Of a DNA stretch of 37,391 bases, positions 1-8,688 are shown one piece after another. A model generated the notes under the pieces. It had not been told where the DNA came from and did no database searches. It saw nothing but the letters and a program-made list of their open reading frames with translations. The position numbers and the translations under genes are program-made. Source of the DNA: a virus (Duplodnaviria; Caudoviricetes); the IMG/VR virus record IMGVR_UViG_3300011335_000223, positions 1 to 37,391 of that record, one strand, 5' to 3'. Each line of letters opens with the position of its first letter. Within the stretch, counting starts at the first letter, position 1.

Positions 1-127
1 CGCCAACACAACAGGAGCCACAGGCAATGATTGACCTAGACGCTGACCTCGAAGCTATCGAGCTACTGTATAAAGTAGACGACCTGCGCGCTGCACTGCG
101 CGTCCTAGAACCGGCGCTGACTAAGGC
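1..127. repeat. 127-bp terminal direct repeat (identical to 37265-37391); circular assembly overlap, genome complete at 37,264 bp
   Basis: Exact identity of both ends; 127 is a common assembler k-mer length and the repeat cuts through a gene. Confidence 0.95.
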
Positions 128-212
128 CTGCCTCGCCTACGGCGCTCGACGAGGCATGTCGCTCTACCGCGAGCATCACCTGCGGAACGCACTAAAGGAC
201 GAAGCAGCATGA
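27..212 (+). CDS. Early hypothetical protein (61 aa)
   Basis: AGGAG RBS upstream; start overlaps the stop region of the Ala-rich gene across the junction. Confidence 0.75.
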   Translation: MIDLDADLEAIELLYKVDDLRAALRVLEPALTKACLAYGARRGMSLYREHHLRNALKDEAA

Positions 213-238
213 CTAGCCCACACAAAGGACACTTAAAC

Positions 239-799
239 ATGAGATACCTAGTAGCACTCGCAGCCGTCATGGCTGCATCGACCTCGACCCCGGCCATCGC
301 CAGCCCTGCGCTGGCTATCTGCCACAAGCCATACGCACTGTGCGCCAGTAGCCCGACCGTCGCCATCCCCGGCGAAACCGTCAAGGTTAACGGTAAAGAG
401 TTCCAAGCGGGCGTATCTGTCTGCCCAGTCCTCAAGGGCGAGAGCATCGCTGACCTGAGCCTGATGAACGGATCGTGCGACAGCCCGGACGGCACCGACG
501 AGACGGTATGGTCGCTGTTTAGCAACGTGAAGACCTACCCGCAGCTACCCGACTGGGCCGTGCTGCCCGCAGTGGACCGGACCTTCGTAACCAACGCCGA
601 TGCTGGTGGGGGCATGAGCAACATGTGGTCGTTCCCGTGCGCTGTCCGTAAGCGCAAGGTCAACGGTGTGCGCTTAGCCGACTGCAAGGGTCCAATGAAT
701 GAGTCTCCGTGGACGGGTGACGCCGTGCCCTTTGGTTCCGTTGTCGGCACTGCTGCGCCAATAGGTCTGCCCAATCCTGTCGGGGGTAATTTCCCGTGA
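239..799 (+). CDS. Putative secreted Cys-rich protein (186 aa)
   Basis: AAGGA before ATG 239; signal-peptide-like MRYLVALAAVMAASTSTPAIA; six Cys; in-frame alternative start at 209. Confidence 0.8.
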   Translation: MRYLVALAAVMAASTSTPAIASPALAICHKPYALCASSPTVAIPGETVKVNGKEFQAGVSVCPVLKGESIADLSLMNGSCDSPDGTDETVWSLFSNVKTYPQLPDWAVLPAVDRTFVTNADAGGGMSNMWSFPCAVRKRKVNGVRLADCKGPMNESPWTGDAVPFGSVVGTAAPIGLPNPVGGNFP

Positions 800-1002
800 G
801 CAGCCGGAAGAAACCAGCCCCATCACCTCTCTACTGCGACCACTGCCGATCTGAGGTCCACGCGACCATCCTGCACTCCTGCACACGAGCAGCGACTGGT
901 CGGTGCCCAGCCAAGGAACCCATGATCGAACACATCGCCCGCTGGGAGGCCGCTCAAGCTGACCTCAAGCTGGTCAAGGATAACCACCTATGCACCCACT
1001 AA
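796..1002 (+). CDS. Small putative zinc-binding protein (68 aa)
   Basis: GTGA overlap with upstream stop; CDHC...HSC...C motif. Confidence 0.65.
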   Translation: MSSRKKPAPSPLYCDHCRSEVHATILHSCTRAATGRCPAKEPMIEHIARWEAAQADLKLVKDNHLCTH

Positions 1003-1148
1003 ATAAAATCGCAGAGCAGGTCCGGTTCCTAGCCGCAGAGCTAGAGGCCGGTGAGACGCCCGACAACCTCCCATACGAGTTAGGCATCATCGCCCGACGC
1101 ATCGACGCGCAAGCTGAGATGCTGGTCCTAGAAGGAAAGGCAGAGTGA
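990..1148 (+). CDS. Small acidic hypothetical protein (52 aa, MHPLNKIAEQVRFLAAELEAG...), not in ORF track
   Basis: AAGGA RBS, fills the gap, stop overlaps next GTG start (GTGA). Confidence 0.7.
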   Translation: MHPLNKIAEQVRFLAAELEAGETPDNLPYELGIIARRIDAQAEMLVLEGKAE

Positions 1149-1420
1149 TTAACAACAACCAACTGATCGACTTCATTGCCAATCAAGCCGGACTGGCCGA
1201 CATCACCGCGCGGGGTAAGGCGGTCGAGTATGTCCGCGCCCGCGCCGTGGCAATCAAGCTGCTGACAGAGCGCGGGCTAGGCCGTCACGAGACGGCGCGG
1301 CTGCTCAAGCGCGCGCCAAAGACGGTCCGCCACGCGCTGCTGTCGTGGCCAACCATGTGGGCCGACGACATTTCGGCGGTGCGGCTCTACCATGCCGGAC
1401 AAGCTGCCCTAGCAGACTAA
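1145..1420 (+). CDS. HTH protein resembling DnaA C-terminal DNA-binding domain IV
   Basis: VRARAVAIKLLTERGLGRHETARLLKRAPKTVRHA resembles the DnaA-IV pattern (aRqiamyL...slpeIgr.f.RDHtTVlha); GAAGGA RBS. Confidence 0.6.
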   Translation: MINNNQLIDFIANQAGLADITARGKAVEYVRARAVAIKLLTERGLGRHETARLLKRAPKTVRHALLSWPTMWADDISAVRLYHAGQAALAD

Positions 1421-1459
1421 ATAAAAACCCCCAGCGGGGAGCAATCCGCCGGGGGTTAA
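1421..1459 (-). terminator. Intrinsic terminator between the convergent early and replication units
   Basis: AACCCCCAGCGG / CCGCCGGGGGTT stem, T-run on the minus strand. Confidence 0.75.
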
Positions 1460-1507
1460 GCACGGAGCCAAGGCTCTAAACATGCATTGGCTAAGGCCAA
1501 TACAGCA

Positions 1508-3832
1508 TCAGCTAGGCGTTGTCCAGCCGTTCTCGATCATCCGGCGCAAGTCCGACTTGCTGTTGCGCTTGGCGACTTGCGGCGCAGCCCAGACTTGTTT
1601 CTTGGTGTTGTAATCGCCGGACGCCAGCCGCCCCATATCCAGCCAGCCAGCCTCTTTAAGAGCGTGTTGCAGCGTGTTGGGGTAAATCTTCTGGCCGGAC
1701 GGCATGGACCCTTCCAGCCGGTCTATCAGCCGGTGGAACGGCGAACCAACCACGCCGGGGCCAAATTCACCTACCCGGTCGCGGATCATCTCAACCAGCG
1801 CGCTCTCGGTCAGCGACATAGACTGCTCGATCAAGGTGCGCTTGTAATCCGTTTCCATAGGTGGCGCCGCCGGGTTGAACGATCTCACGTCGCGCTGCCA
1901 CAGCCAAGCTGCGATCAACTCGTAACCGCCGCCTGTCTCATACCATTCCCACATCGCCGTAGCTGCCTCTGGGTTCATGCGCGGCGCGCGGCTCCACGTC
2001 GCAAACCAGCGCCGGTCCTGCGTCGGCAGCGAGATAGGCACCGAGTCGTTGGTAAACGCCAGCACGAACACGCGGTTAATCATTTCGTAGGGGTGCATAC
2101 CCTTGCGGTTGATCTGGAGCGTCTCTGGCGGTGCGGCGATGACAGGCTTGAGCTTGTTGGCGAGCGCGCGGCGGGCGGATGCGTCCGGCTCTTTAAGCTC
2201 GTTCAGGATCATCACCTCTGCCTCAAGGTTGTAGCCCCACTGCGAGTGCAGCCCGTCGCTATCGACCACCGAGCGGTTGCGGTTGTGCGGCCCTGCTACG
2301 GCCCAGACAAACGGTTTCCACATCGTGTCCTTGCCGCAGCCTTCGTCGCCGCCGTGCAGGACCGCATGGTTGATCTTGCTGTTTGCGTGCTGCACCTTGT
2401 AGGCCATCACGTCTAGGCAATGGTTTAGTTCGTCGGCTTCAGGCATCAGCACCTTGCAGTGGTCCAGCCACCGCGCCACCTGATCGTCGGTGATCTTAGC
2501 GGACAGGTCGATCACTGGCCGCGCGTCGATCCAGCGGTTGCCGAACACCTCGCCGTCGCGCTCAAGCATCAAGCCATCGCCGGGTGCGTAGGTGACGCCG
2601 GTCAATATCTTGGCGTCGTGCGCGTCGCGGTTCTCGTCGTAGCAAACGCTGGCTTCGATCTTGCGCTTGTTGTGGATCGACTTGCACGGGATATGCCGGA
2701 ACACGGCGTTGAAGTTAGACCGGCTGATCTCGCGGCGCAGATTAACGTCGAAATAGCTGTCGTCGGACATGACGTAGGCGAACCGATCAAACCAATCGGA
2801 CTTCTGTGCCCGCCCGATCTGCTTGCGCTCGATCTCGGCAATGCGCTTAGCTGCATCGTCGGGGAAAGCGTCTGTCGGGCGCAGCTTGTCTAACGTCTTG
2901 GCGTGTAGCTCAGCCATTATGTCTGGCCGTATCCCGCTGTCGGCGCTAGGCCCGCCGTTGTCGCTGACCCAGCCCAGAAAGGCCGCGCTGTTAAAGTCTA
3001 CGCAGTGGCCGTGCAGACACTTAAAGACGCTATCGACCGGGCGAAACCCAGCGATCTCGCTGCCGTCGGTGTGCGCGGCATGGTTAGGGCAAACAATGTC
3101 GATCCAGCCAGTAGGCCGCAGAGCAGAGCAAACCAGACTTTGATCTGACAGCCACTTGAGAACCGGCGAACTGCCGGTGTCTTCTACCCGCACGGCCCGC
3201 CGTGTTGCGGTATCTGCTTCAGCCGGGACAACGCCAAGCGCGGCGCAGATTTGTCCGCAGCTAAACTCACGCTCTGGTTTGAACGATACCAGCCGCGACT
3301 GCCACAGCCCTTTGCCTTCTTTGATGTTAACGGAACCGGGGATGCGGAAGTTGCGCACGGCATTGCACGCACCGGGATCGGAATAGCCAGCCGCCGCGAT
3401 GGCGGTGATAGCGGCGGCGAACTCGTTCTTGCCGGGTTGGTCGCTGAACACGTAGGCCCACTGGAACGAACCTTCGCTCGTCTCCATGATCCACGTCGGC
3501 TCTAGCGTAGGTGTCTTAGATGTTTTGTCCGACCCAACGTCGTCCAGCATCATCACCAGCACGTAGTCGCAGTTGTCTTTGGACGCGCTGACGCGGCCAT
3601 TCTCGAAGCGGTCAATGATGAAGCTGGCCGTGTTGCCGAACCAGCTTTCGCCGTCCTTGATATTGGCGCTGCTTGGCAGGAACGACGGCCAAGTGCATTT
3701 GACTGCGCCGTCGTCGTGATACTGTAGCGCGCCGTTCAGCCTGATTGGCTTCTGCTTCACCAGCAACGCCGTTTCGCCTTCAGGCGCTAGACCCACTAAA
3801 AAATCTACAAACTTGATCTGCTCCGGTGACAT
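1508..3832 (-). CDS. DNA primase-helicase (RepB-like primase, Zn ribbon, SF3/DUF5906-like NTPase)
   Basis: MLDDVG primase motif; CPNHAAH...CLHGHC; Walker A GDEGCGKD, Walker B MILNE, FTND; adjacent to PolA. Confidence 0.88.
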   Translation of the reverse strand: MSPEQIKFVDFLVGLAPEGETALLVKQKPIRLNGALQYHDDGAVKCTWPSFLPSSANIKDGESWFGNTASFIIDRFENGRVSASKDNCDYVLVMMLDDVGSDKTSKTPTLEPTWIMETSEGSFQWAYVFSDQPGKNEFAAAITAIAAAGYSDPGACNAVRNFRIPGSVNIKEGKGLWQSRLVSFKPEREFSCGQICAALGVVPAEADTATRRAVRVEDTGSSPVLKWLSDQSLVCSALRPTGWIDIVCPNHAAHTDGSEIAGFRPVDSVFKCLHGHCVDFNSAAFLGWVSDNGGPSADSGIRPDIMAELHAKTLDKLRPTDAFPDDAAKRIAEIERKQIGRAQKSDWFDRFAYVMSDDSYFDVNLRREISRSNFNAVFRHIPCKSIHNKRKIEASVCYDENRDAHDAKILTGVTYAPGDGLMLERDGEVFGNRWIDARPVIDLSAKITDDQVARWLDHCKVLMPEADELNHCLDVMAYKVQHANSKINHAVLHGGDEGCGKDTMWKPFVWAVAGPHNRNRSVVDSDGLHSQWGYNLEAEVMILNELKEPDASARRALANKLKPVIAAPPETLQINRKGMHPYEMINRVFVLAFTNDSVPISLPTQDRRWFATWSRAPRMNPEAATAMWEWYETGGGYELIAAWLWQRDVRSFNPAAPPMETDYKRTLIEQSMSLTESALVEMIRDRVGEFGPGVVGSPFHRLIDRLEGSMPSGQKIYPNTLQHALKEAGWLDMGRLASGDYNTKKQVWAAPQVAKRNSKSDLRRMIENGWTTPS

Positions 3833-3851
3833 ACGCTGCTCCTGCTCCTGC

Positions 3852-5804
3852 TCACTTGCCGTAACGCTCCATGATCGACACTTCCGCCGCCAGCGGTAGC
3901 CCTGCGGCCCACAGCGGCGGCGTCGCCATCACTTGCTTCATGCGCGCCGCGACTGCCTCTGGATCGTCCGTCTCGATCACGATCTCATCGTGGACGTGCA
4001 GGACAACACCCAGAGGCTCTAGCTGCCGTAGCGCATACCGAAGAATGTCGTTGGCTATGGCCTGCGTGATGTTCTCACATGCCAGACCTTTCCAAAGCCG
4101 CGCACGCGGCCACTCTTTAGCATCCACCGCTGGCTTCCAAGCCGCCTTAGCGTAAGTAATCTCGCCACCTTCAAAACGGGCGAACGGGTAGCATAACACG
4201 CGCCCAGACGGCAGAACATACCATAAGTGTTGGCGGTCGTATAAATACGTGACGCGGCCCGCCGCCACTTCCGTGCCGGGGTTGCGCATGGCGCGGTTGT
4301 AGGCTTCCTCTAGCGCGCTCCAGTAGGTGACAGACCACGGGTTAGCGCGCCGCCATGCGTTGACCATGCGCTGCGCTTCGCTCTCTGGCAGCGCCAGACC
4401 GTAAGCGCGGCCCATCGCCGCAAAGGCACCGACGCCGCCAGCAAAGCCACACGCAAGTTCTTGCACCTTGCCGATCTGGCGTTGGTCTTTCGTGACCTTG
4501 GTTTCTGGAACAAGAAAAGTCGCCGCCGCGTTGGCAACGTAAACGTCGCCGCCCGCTTCAAAGATAGCCAGCTTGGCCGCGCCGCTGTTGGTCTTAGACG
4601 CCCACGGCGTCACGCGGGCTTCGATGCTGGCCCAGTCGGCCACGACTAGCTGCTTCCCCGGCGCAGCCGTCAGAGCGGGGCGCAGCATGGACTTCAGCAC
4701 GTCGGTAACGCGCGGGCCATGCAGCGGAACGATCTGGTGGCCGCGCACCATCGCCTGACGGATCAGTGCAGGGTCTGCTGCGCACTTTCGTGGGAAGTTG
4801 TGGACCTGTAATCCAAATGATGAAGCGCGGCCTGTAGCACTGCCTCCAGCAAATACGAACGCGCCTCTAACTCGGCTATCTTCCTCATCTGCCAGCGATG
4901 CAGCCCGTTGGAACTTCGCCACGGACGATGCCCAGAGATCGTCTGCGCACTGGATAACTTCCGCCACTTCAGCCGGGACTTCGTCTGGATTTTCCTTCGC
5001 CAGCGCCAGCAGATTGCCGCGCACCGTCTTGTCGATGGATAGCTTGGCTACGTCATCTTTGTACACCGTCGCCAGCTTCAGGGCTTCTGGCCCAACTCTG
5101 TCTAAGACCCAGCCCCGCATTTTCGGGCTACGCACTGACGCTACGACGCCGCCGGTAATCTCGCGGACGATCTGTTGGATTTCATCAAGCTCCGCCTCAG
5201 CGTAGCGCACCGCCGCCAAAGCCAGAGGCTTATCCAGCAGGACGCCGCGATCATTGATGCGCTCGTTGACGTAGTAATCCTCTAGCTCGTCCGGCGACAG
5301 CGGGCGCTGGGTTGCAGCCACGGCCCGCATGGCGCGCACATCTTGTTCGCAGTAGGCCACCATCTCAGCCATGCGCGCAGCGTCTTCGTTAAAAGCGCCG
5401 TTGGCTTGCGGGATGCACAGCAGCCGGATCAATTGTGATCCGCGATGATCCTTACGCATACCCGCGCCAGCGAAGCGGCCCACATCCTCAAGGCTACCCG
5501 GCGCGCAGTTGGCGCGGGCTTGCGTCGCGGTGCAGTAGAATTGCTCAAGCTCGTAGTCGATCTGTAGGACATACCAGAAGATCAGGCGCTCGAACGCCGC
5601 ATTGTGCGCGGCGATGCGGCCCGTGTGGTTCTTGACGGCCAGCGGAAACGGCTGCCCCGGCGTCCACGTCTTAACGTCTTCGTCGTCAAAGGCGTAGGAC
5701 ATACATAGCACTTCTGTGCTGGCGTCCCGCGCGTAATTGTAGACGCCGTGCGCCTTGAGGTCGCAGCGGCTTCTGCTTTCAAAGTCCAGCCAGAGCGTAG
5801 TCAT
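3852..5804 (-). CDS. polA: DNA polymerase family A with 3'-5' exonuclease (APSE-like)
   Basis: Exo DFE, HNAAFE, YCEQD; motif A DWASIEAR, motif B RQIGKVQELACGF, motif C VHDE; ATG 5804 overlaps upstream TGA. Confidence 0.96.
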   Translation of the reverse strand: MTTLWLDFESRSRCDLKAHGVYNYARDASTEVLCMSYAFDDEDVKTWTPGQPFPLAVKNHTGRIAAHNAAFERLIFWYVLQIDYELEQFYCTATQARANCAPGSLEDVGRFAGAGMRKDHRGSQLIRLLCIPQANGAFNEDAARMAEMVAYCEQDVRAMRAVAATQRPLSPDELEDYYVNERINDRGVLLDKPLALAAVRYAEAELDEIQQIVREITGGVVASVRSPKMRGWVLDRVGPEALKLATVYKDDVAKLSIDKTVRGNLLALAKENPDEVPAEVAEVIQCADDLWASSVAKFQRAASLADEEDSRVRGAFVFAGGSATGRASSFGLQVHNFPRKCAADPALIRQAMVRGHQIVPLHGPRVTDVLKSMLRPALTAAPGKQLVVADWASIEARVTPWASKTNSGAAKLAIFEAGGDVYVANAAATFLVPETKVTKDQRQIGKVQELACGFAGGVGAFAAMGRAYGLALPESEAQRMVNAWRRANPWSVTYWSALEEAYNRAMRNPGTEVAAGRVTYLYDRQHLWYVLPSGRVLCYPFARFEGGEITYAKAAWKPAVDAKEWPRARLWKGLACENITQAIANDILRYALRQLEPLGVVLHVHDEIVIETDDPEAVAARMKQVMATPPLWAAGLPLAAEVSIMERYGK

Positions 5805-6451
5805 TGCCACGAACTAAAACTGACGCTGAGAGGCAGTCGCGGCGTAGCTTTCGCTTCGCGCGGAGGCGGCGGCAGTGCTTTCCGGCGCGTCTCACCCGCG
5901 ATAATTTTGCGCGCCGTATCGCGAGCGCCGCTCCTAGCAGCACTGCGCATATCGCGTATGGCGCGCGAGGCGCGCGCCCGCATAATCTCTCCGCTTCGGC
6001 CAAACTGTTGCCCTATCTCGGCAAAGGTGGCTCCCTCTAGCCGGGCTTCCATGACGGCCCGGTCTTTCGGGTTTTTTACGTGGTCCAGTAGCTTCTGAAG
6101 TTCGAGCTTTGCCCACACCTTCTGTTCCATGTCGTCTGACATCAGCGCGCGCAACTGCGGCTCGTCCATGTCGATCACTACGGAGTTGGTCTGCAACTCC
6201 ATGTCGGCCTGCGCTTCGGTGAACATATCCTCTGGCGTGCATCTGAGCACAAAGCATATCTTGTCCACCAGCGGTCGCCACAGGGTGTCTTTTCCGGTGG
6301 GGCGGCGCTTCATGTTGATAAGGGTGCCGACATCGTTCTGGGACACACCCGCGCGTTGCGCCAGTTCGGACTGTGATGTGATGCCCGCGTCGCGCATGAG
6401 GCGCAGGATCCGGGCGTTCTTTATTGTGACTTTAACTGCGTAGTCGCTCAT
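5801..6451 (-). CDS. Transcription regulator: XRE/Cro-like HTH fused to a sigma70 region-4-like HTH
   Basis: SQSELAQRAGVSQNDVGTLIN at the N-terminus; KDRAVMEARLEGATFAEIGQQFGRSGEIMRARASRAIRDMR at the C-terminus; AAGGA RBS. Confidence 0.75.
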   Translation of the reverse strand: MSDYAVKVTIKNARILRLMRDAGITSQSELAQRAGVSQNDVGTLINMKRRPTGKDTLWRPLVDKICFVLRCTPEDMFTEAQADMELQTNSVVIDMDEPQLRALMSDDMEQKVWAKLELQKLLDHVKNPKDRAVMEARLEGATFAEIGQQFGRSGEIMRARASRAIRDMRSAARSGARDTARKIIAGETRRKALPPPPREAKATPRLPLSVSFSSWQ

Positions 6452-6475
6452 TTTACTTTCCTTTCATTGCTACTC

Positions 6476-6501
6476 GCCGGGGTAGGCGGAGCTACCCCGG
6501 C
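6476..6501. promoter_or_regulatory. Perfect 10-bp intergenic hairpin downstream of the SSB gene
   Basis: GCCGGGGTAG-gcggag-CTACCCCGGC; no U-tract on the coding (minus) strand, so mRNA stabiliser or weak terminator. Confidence 0.5.
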
Positions 6502-6513
6502 TTTCGCGTCCCA

Positions 6514-7176
6514 CTAAGCCACGCGACGACGACGAGTACGCGGCGCTTCATCAGCGGGCGCTTCGTCTTCGGCTACGTCTTCCAAAGGCTGCGGGGTAGT
6601 CTCGCCTTCCATGGTCGCCCAATCAACGATGTTGAAAATCGGGGCGAAGATTTTGCCGTACTGCTTGTGCTGGTAATGCTCCTTACGGAGTTCTACCACC
6701 GGCACTGGGCGGGTAGGCTCTGCGTCTACCTGTGCAGCAATGGCAACGGCCAGTTCCTGCACGGCTTTCTTACCGCCGACAGAAGTAGCAGAGAAGCGGG
6801 CTTCCATGCCCGCATCTTCGCCGCTCATGCACTTGATCGACAGACCAACCTGTTTCTCCCAACCCTTCGCGGCACCTGACGGAGCCGGCTCCAGTTCAGG
6901 CAGCGGGTTAGAAATGTTGGTCATGTTTTCACCCAACACTTCGCCGTTACCCCAAGCGATATAGCCATGCACGAAGCTGAAAGGGTTGATAGCCCAAGTG
7001 CTATCGTCTTCGACTTCAGTCTGGTCTGCGCCGAACACCCAATGGCCGGTCTTGTCCATCTTCAGAATGATGCTGCCGCCGGAAGCGGAGCCAGTCTGGA
7101 GAGAGCGGAGCGAAGCCGACAGTGACTGTACGGAAGGTAGGTTTGCGCTTGAGAAGGCAGTGAGGCTATTTGACAT
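6514..7176 (-). CDS. Putative single-stranded DNA-binding protein
   Basis: Position between exonuclease and PolA, aromatic beta-rich core, acidic low-complexity tail. Confidence 0.65.
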   Translation of the reverse strand: MSNSLTAFSSANLPSVQSLSASLRSLQTGSASGGSIILKMDKTGHWVFGADQTEVEDDSTWAINPFSFVHGYIAWGNGEVLGENMTNISNPLPELEPAPSGAAKGWEKQVGLSIKCMSGEDAGMEARFSATSVGGKKAVQELAVAIAAQVDAEPTRPVPVVELRKEHYQHKQYGKIFAPIFNIVDWATMEGETTPQPLEDVAEDEAPADEAPRTRRRRVA

Positions 7177-7188
7177 TATCTTAGTTCC

Positions 7189-8316
7189 TTATGAGTTGAG
7201 TTTAGCCAGAGCCTTTACGAGCGTCTGGCCGATTTGAACGACGGCGGGGCGGGGATCACTCTCCGCAACCAACGTCGAACCACTTGAGACAGCGACCACA
7301 AGGTCGGCTGGCAATGCTATTTTCACACCCTTCAGCACCTTCTCGGCTGCTGCTGGCGATATGATCTTTTCCTCGTATGGCTCCGCGCCCGCCGCCGTCA
7401 GCCACGCCGCTGCCTTGTCAGCGTCCAGCCACGAGCGCGTCGCGCGCTTGTTGACGAGCTTGTAGCCGGGGACGGGCTTACCTTCCTCAAGCAGCCCGTG
7501 CGCCAGTTGCTGCAAATCTTTGATAAACCCCTCCAGCAGCGGCACCTGATCCAGATAGTGCGCGATCTGATCGACGGGCAGCGCGTCCAGCTTGGCTACC
7601 AGCGCCCGGTCGGCTGCGCCCGTCATTTGCGGGCAGACCGGCTTGGCGGCGCACCAGCGGCAGTGGTCGCCCACCTTGAGCGGCGCGTCGTCGTACTGCG
7701 ATGCCTTCACGGCGGATAGCAACGTCTGCTCGAACTGGTTGATCCGCTCCATTGTCGTTGACCAGCGCCGGATGTAGGGCGGCTGGACGATGATAAGCTC
7801 GACTTCTAGCGCGTGTTCAAACGCCCATGCCGTTGTCTCCGTGCGCGCAGCAGCCGCAGCGTAGAACATAAGCTGCTCGTTCTCTTTCGCTTCGACGGCG
7901 ACGCCATCACCAAACTTCCAATCCAACACAACAGCACGATCACCAATGATGCCAAGCAAGTCAGTAGAACCGAACACGTTAGGTAGGAAATCGCCAAAGC
8001 CCACGCGACTTTCGACCGCATACGTCATCTCCCCAGCCGGATCAATTTCGTCCAGCGCCGCTAACGCCGGGAGTATCTTGCGGTCTAGCAAGTCCTGCGT
8101 CAACACGGCGTCTTTGTATGTAGCGCCCAGCATCTCTTGCGGGTCGGCATCGTCGCCGTAGCCCACCAGCTTTGCCATAACGTCGTGCAGCAGGGTGCCT
8201 TCGTCGGCGTAGCTGCTGCTGGGTTGCGGCGGCATCTTGTCCACCAGCGCCACGCTGCCGGGGCAGTTGATGACGCGCTTGGCGGTCGAACCGCCGACTA
8301 TTTTACTGTGTTTCAT
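7189..8316 (-). CDS. Cas4-like PD-(D/E)XK exonuclease (DUF2800-type)
   Basis: CPGS, GSTD...DWKFG, QLMFYA, HCRWC...C four-Cys pattern; AAGGAG RBS supports start 8316 rather than 8499. Confidence 0.88.
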   Translation of the reverse strand: MKHSKIVGGSTAKRVINCPGSVALVDKMPPQPSSSYADEGTLLHDVMAKLVGYGDDADPQEMLGATYKDAVLTQDLLDRKILPALAALDEIDPAGEMTYAVESRVGFGDFLPNVFGSTDLLGIIGDRAVVLDWKFGDGVAVEAKENEQLMFYAAAAARTETTAWAFEHALEVELIIVQPPYIRRWSTTMERINQFEQTLLSAVKASQYDDAPLKVGDHCRWCAAKPVCPQMTGAADRALVAKLDALPVDQIAHYLDQVPLLEGFIKDLQQLAHGLLEEGKPVPGYKLVNKRATRSWLDADKAAAWLTAAGAEPYEEKIISPAAAEKVLKGVKIALPADLVVAVSSGSTLVAESDPRPAVVQIGQTLVKALAKLNS

Positions 8317-8409
8317 TGTATTGCTCCTTGTTAGGACGGCTGGAATACACCCCTGAAATAGTTTGTAAAGCGGCTTGTAAAAATATATTTCCACAGCTAG
8401 ACACGCCGC
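8317..8409. promoter_or_regulatory. Divergent promoter region of the replication genes
   Basis: AT-rich gap; plus strand TTGTAA-N17-TAGACA; minus strand TTTACA-N16-TATTCC; TTGTAAA repeated at 8363 and 8375. Confidence 0.65.
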
Positions 8410-8688
8410 ATGACAACTGAGGCTGAGATTGAACGCTACTTTGTCGCCCGCGTCAAAAGCGTTGGCGGCGCGGCGTACAAGTTCAAGTCTGTGAACCACC
8501 GCGGCGTCAGTGACCGCATTGCCTGTATGCCGAATGGTGAGGCTTGGTTTGTAGAACTGAAGAAACCCGGCGGCAAGCTATCGCCGCTGCAAAAGCTGTT
8601 TGCGGACGATATGATGGCGCTAGGGCAGCGGTATTGCTGCTTGTGGAGCAAGAGCGAGGTGGACCAATGGCTGCTACGCTTCAGCTAA
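8410..8688 (+). CDS. VRR-NUC domain nuclease
   Basis: EAEIE...GVSDRI...FVELKKPGGKLSPLQ motif. Confidence 0.92.
   Translation: MTTEAEIERYFVARVKSVGGAAYKFKSVNHRGVSDRIACMPNGEAWFVELKKPGGKLSPLQKLFADDMMALGQRYCCLWSKSEVDQWLLRFS

Noticed and set aside
1487-2416. 309-aa plus-strand ORF and similar long antisense ORFs (17184-17777, 27276-27878, 31894-32442)
   Set aside because: Shadows of well-supported minus-strand genes in GC-rich DNA, with no motifs
7189-8316. Cas4 as evidence of a CRISPR system
   Set aside because: Standard phage replication-module exonuclease; no other cas genes or array
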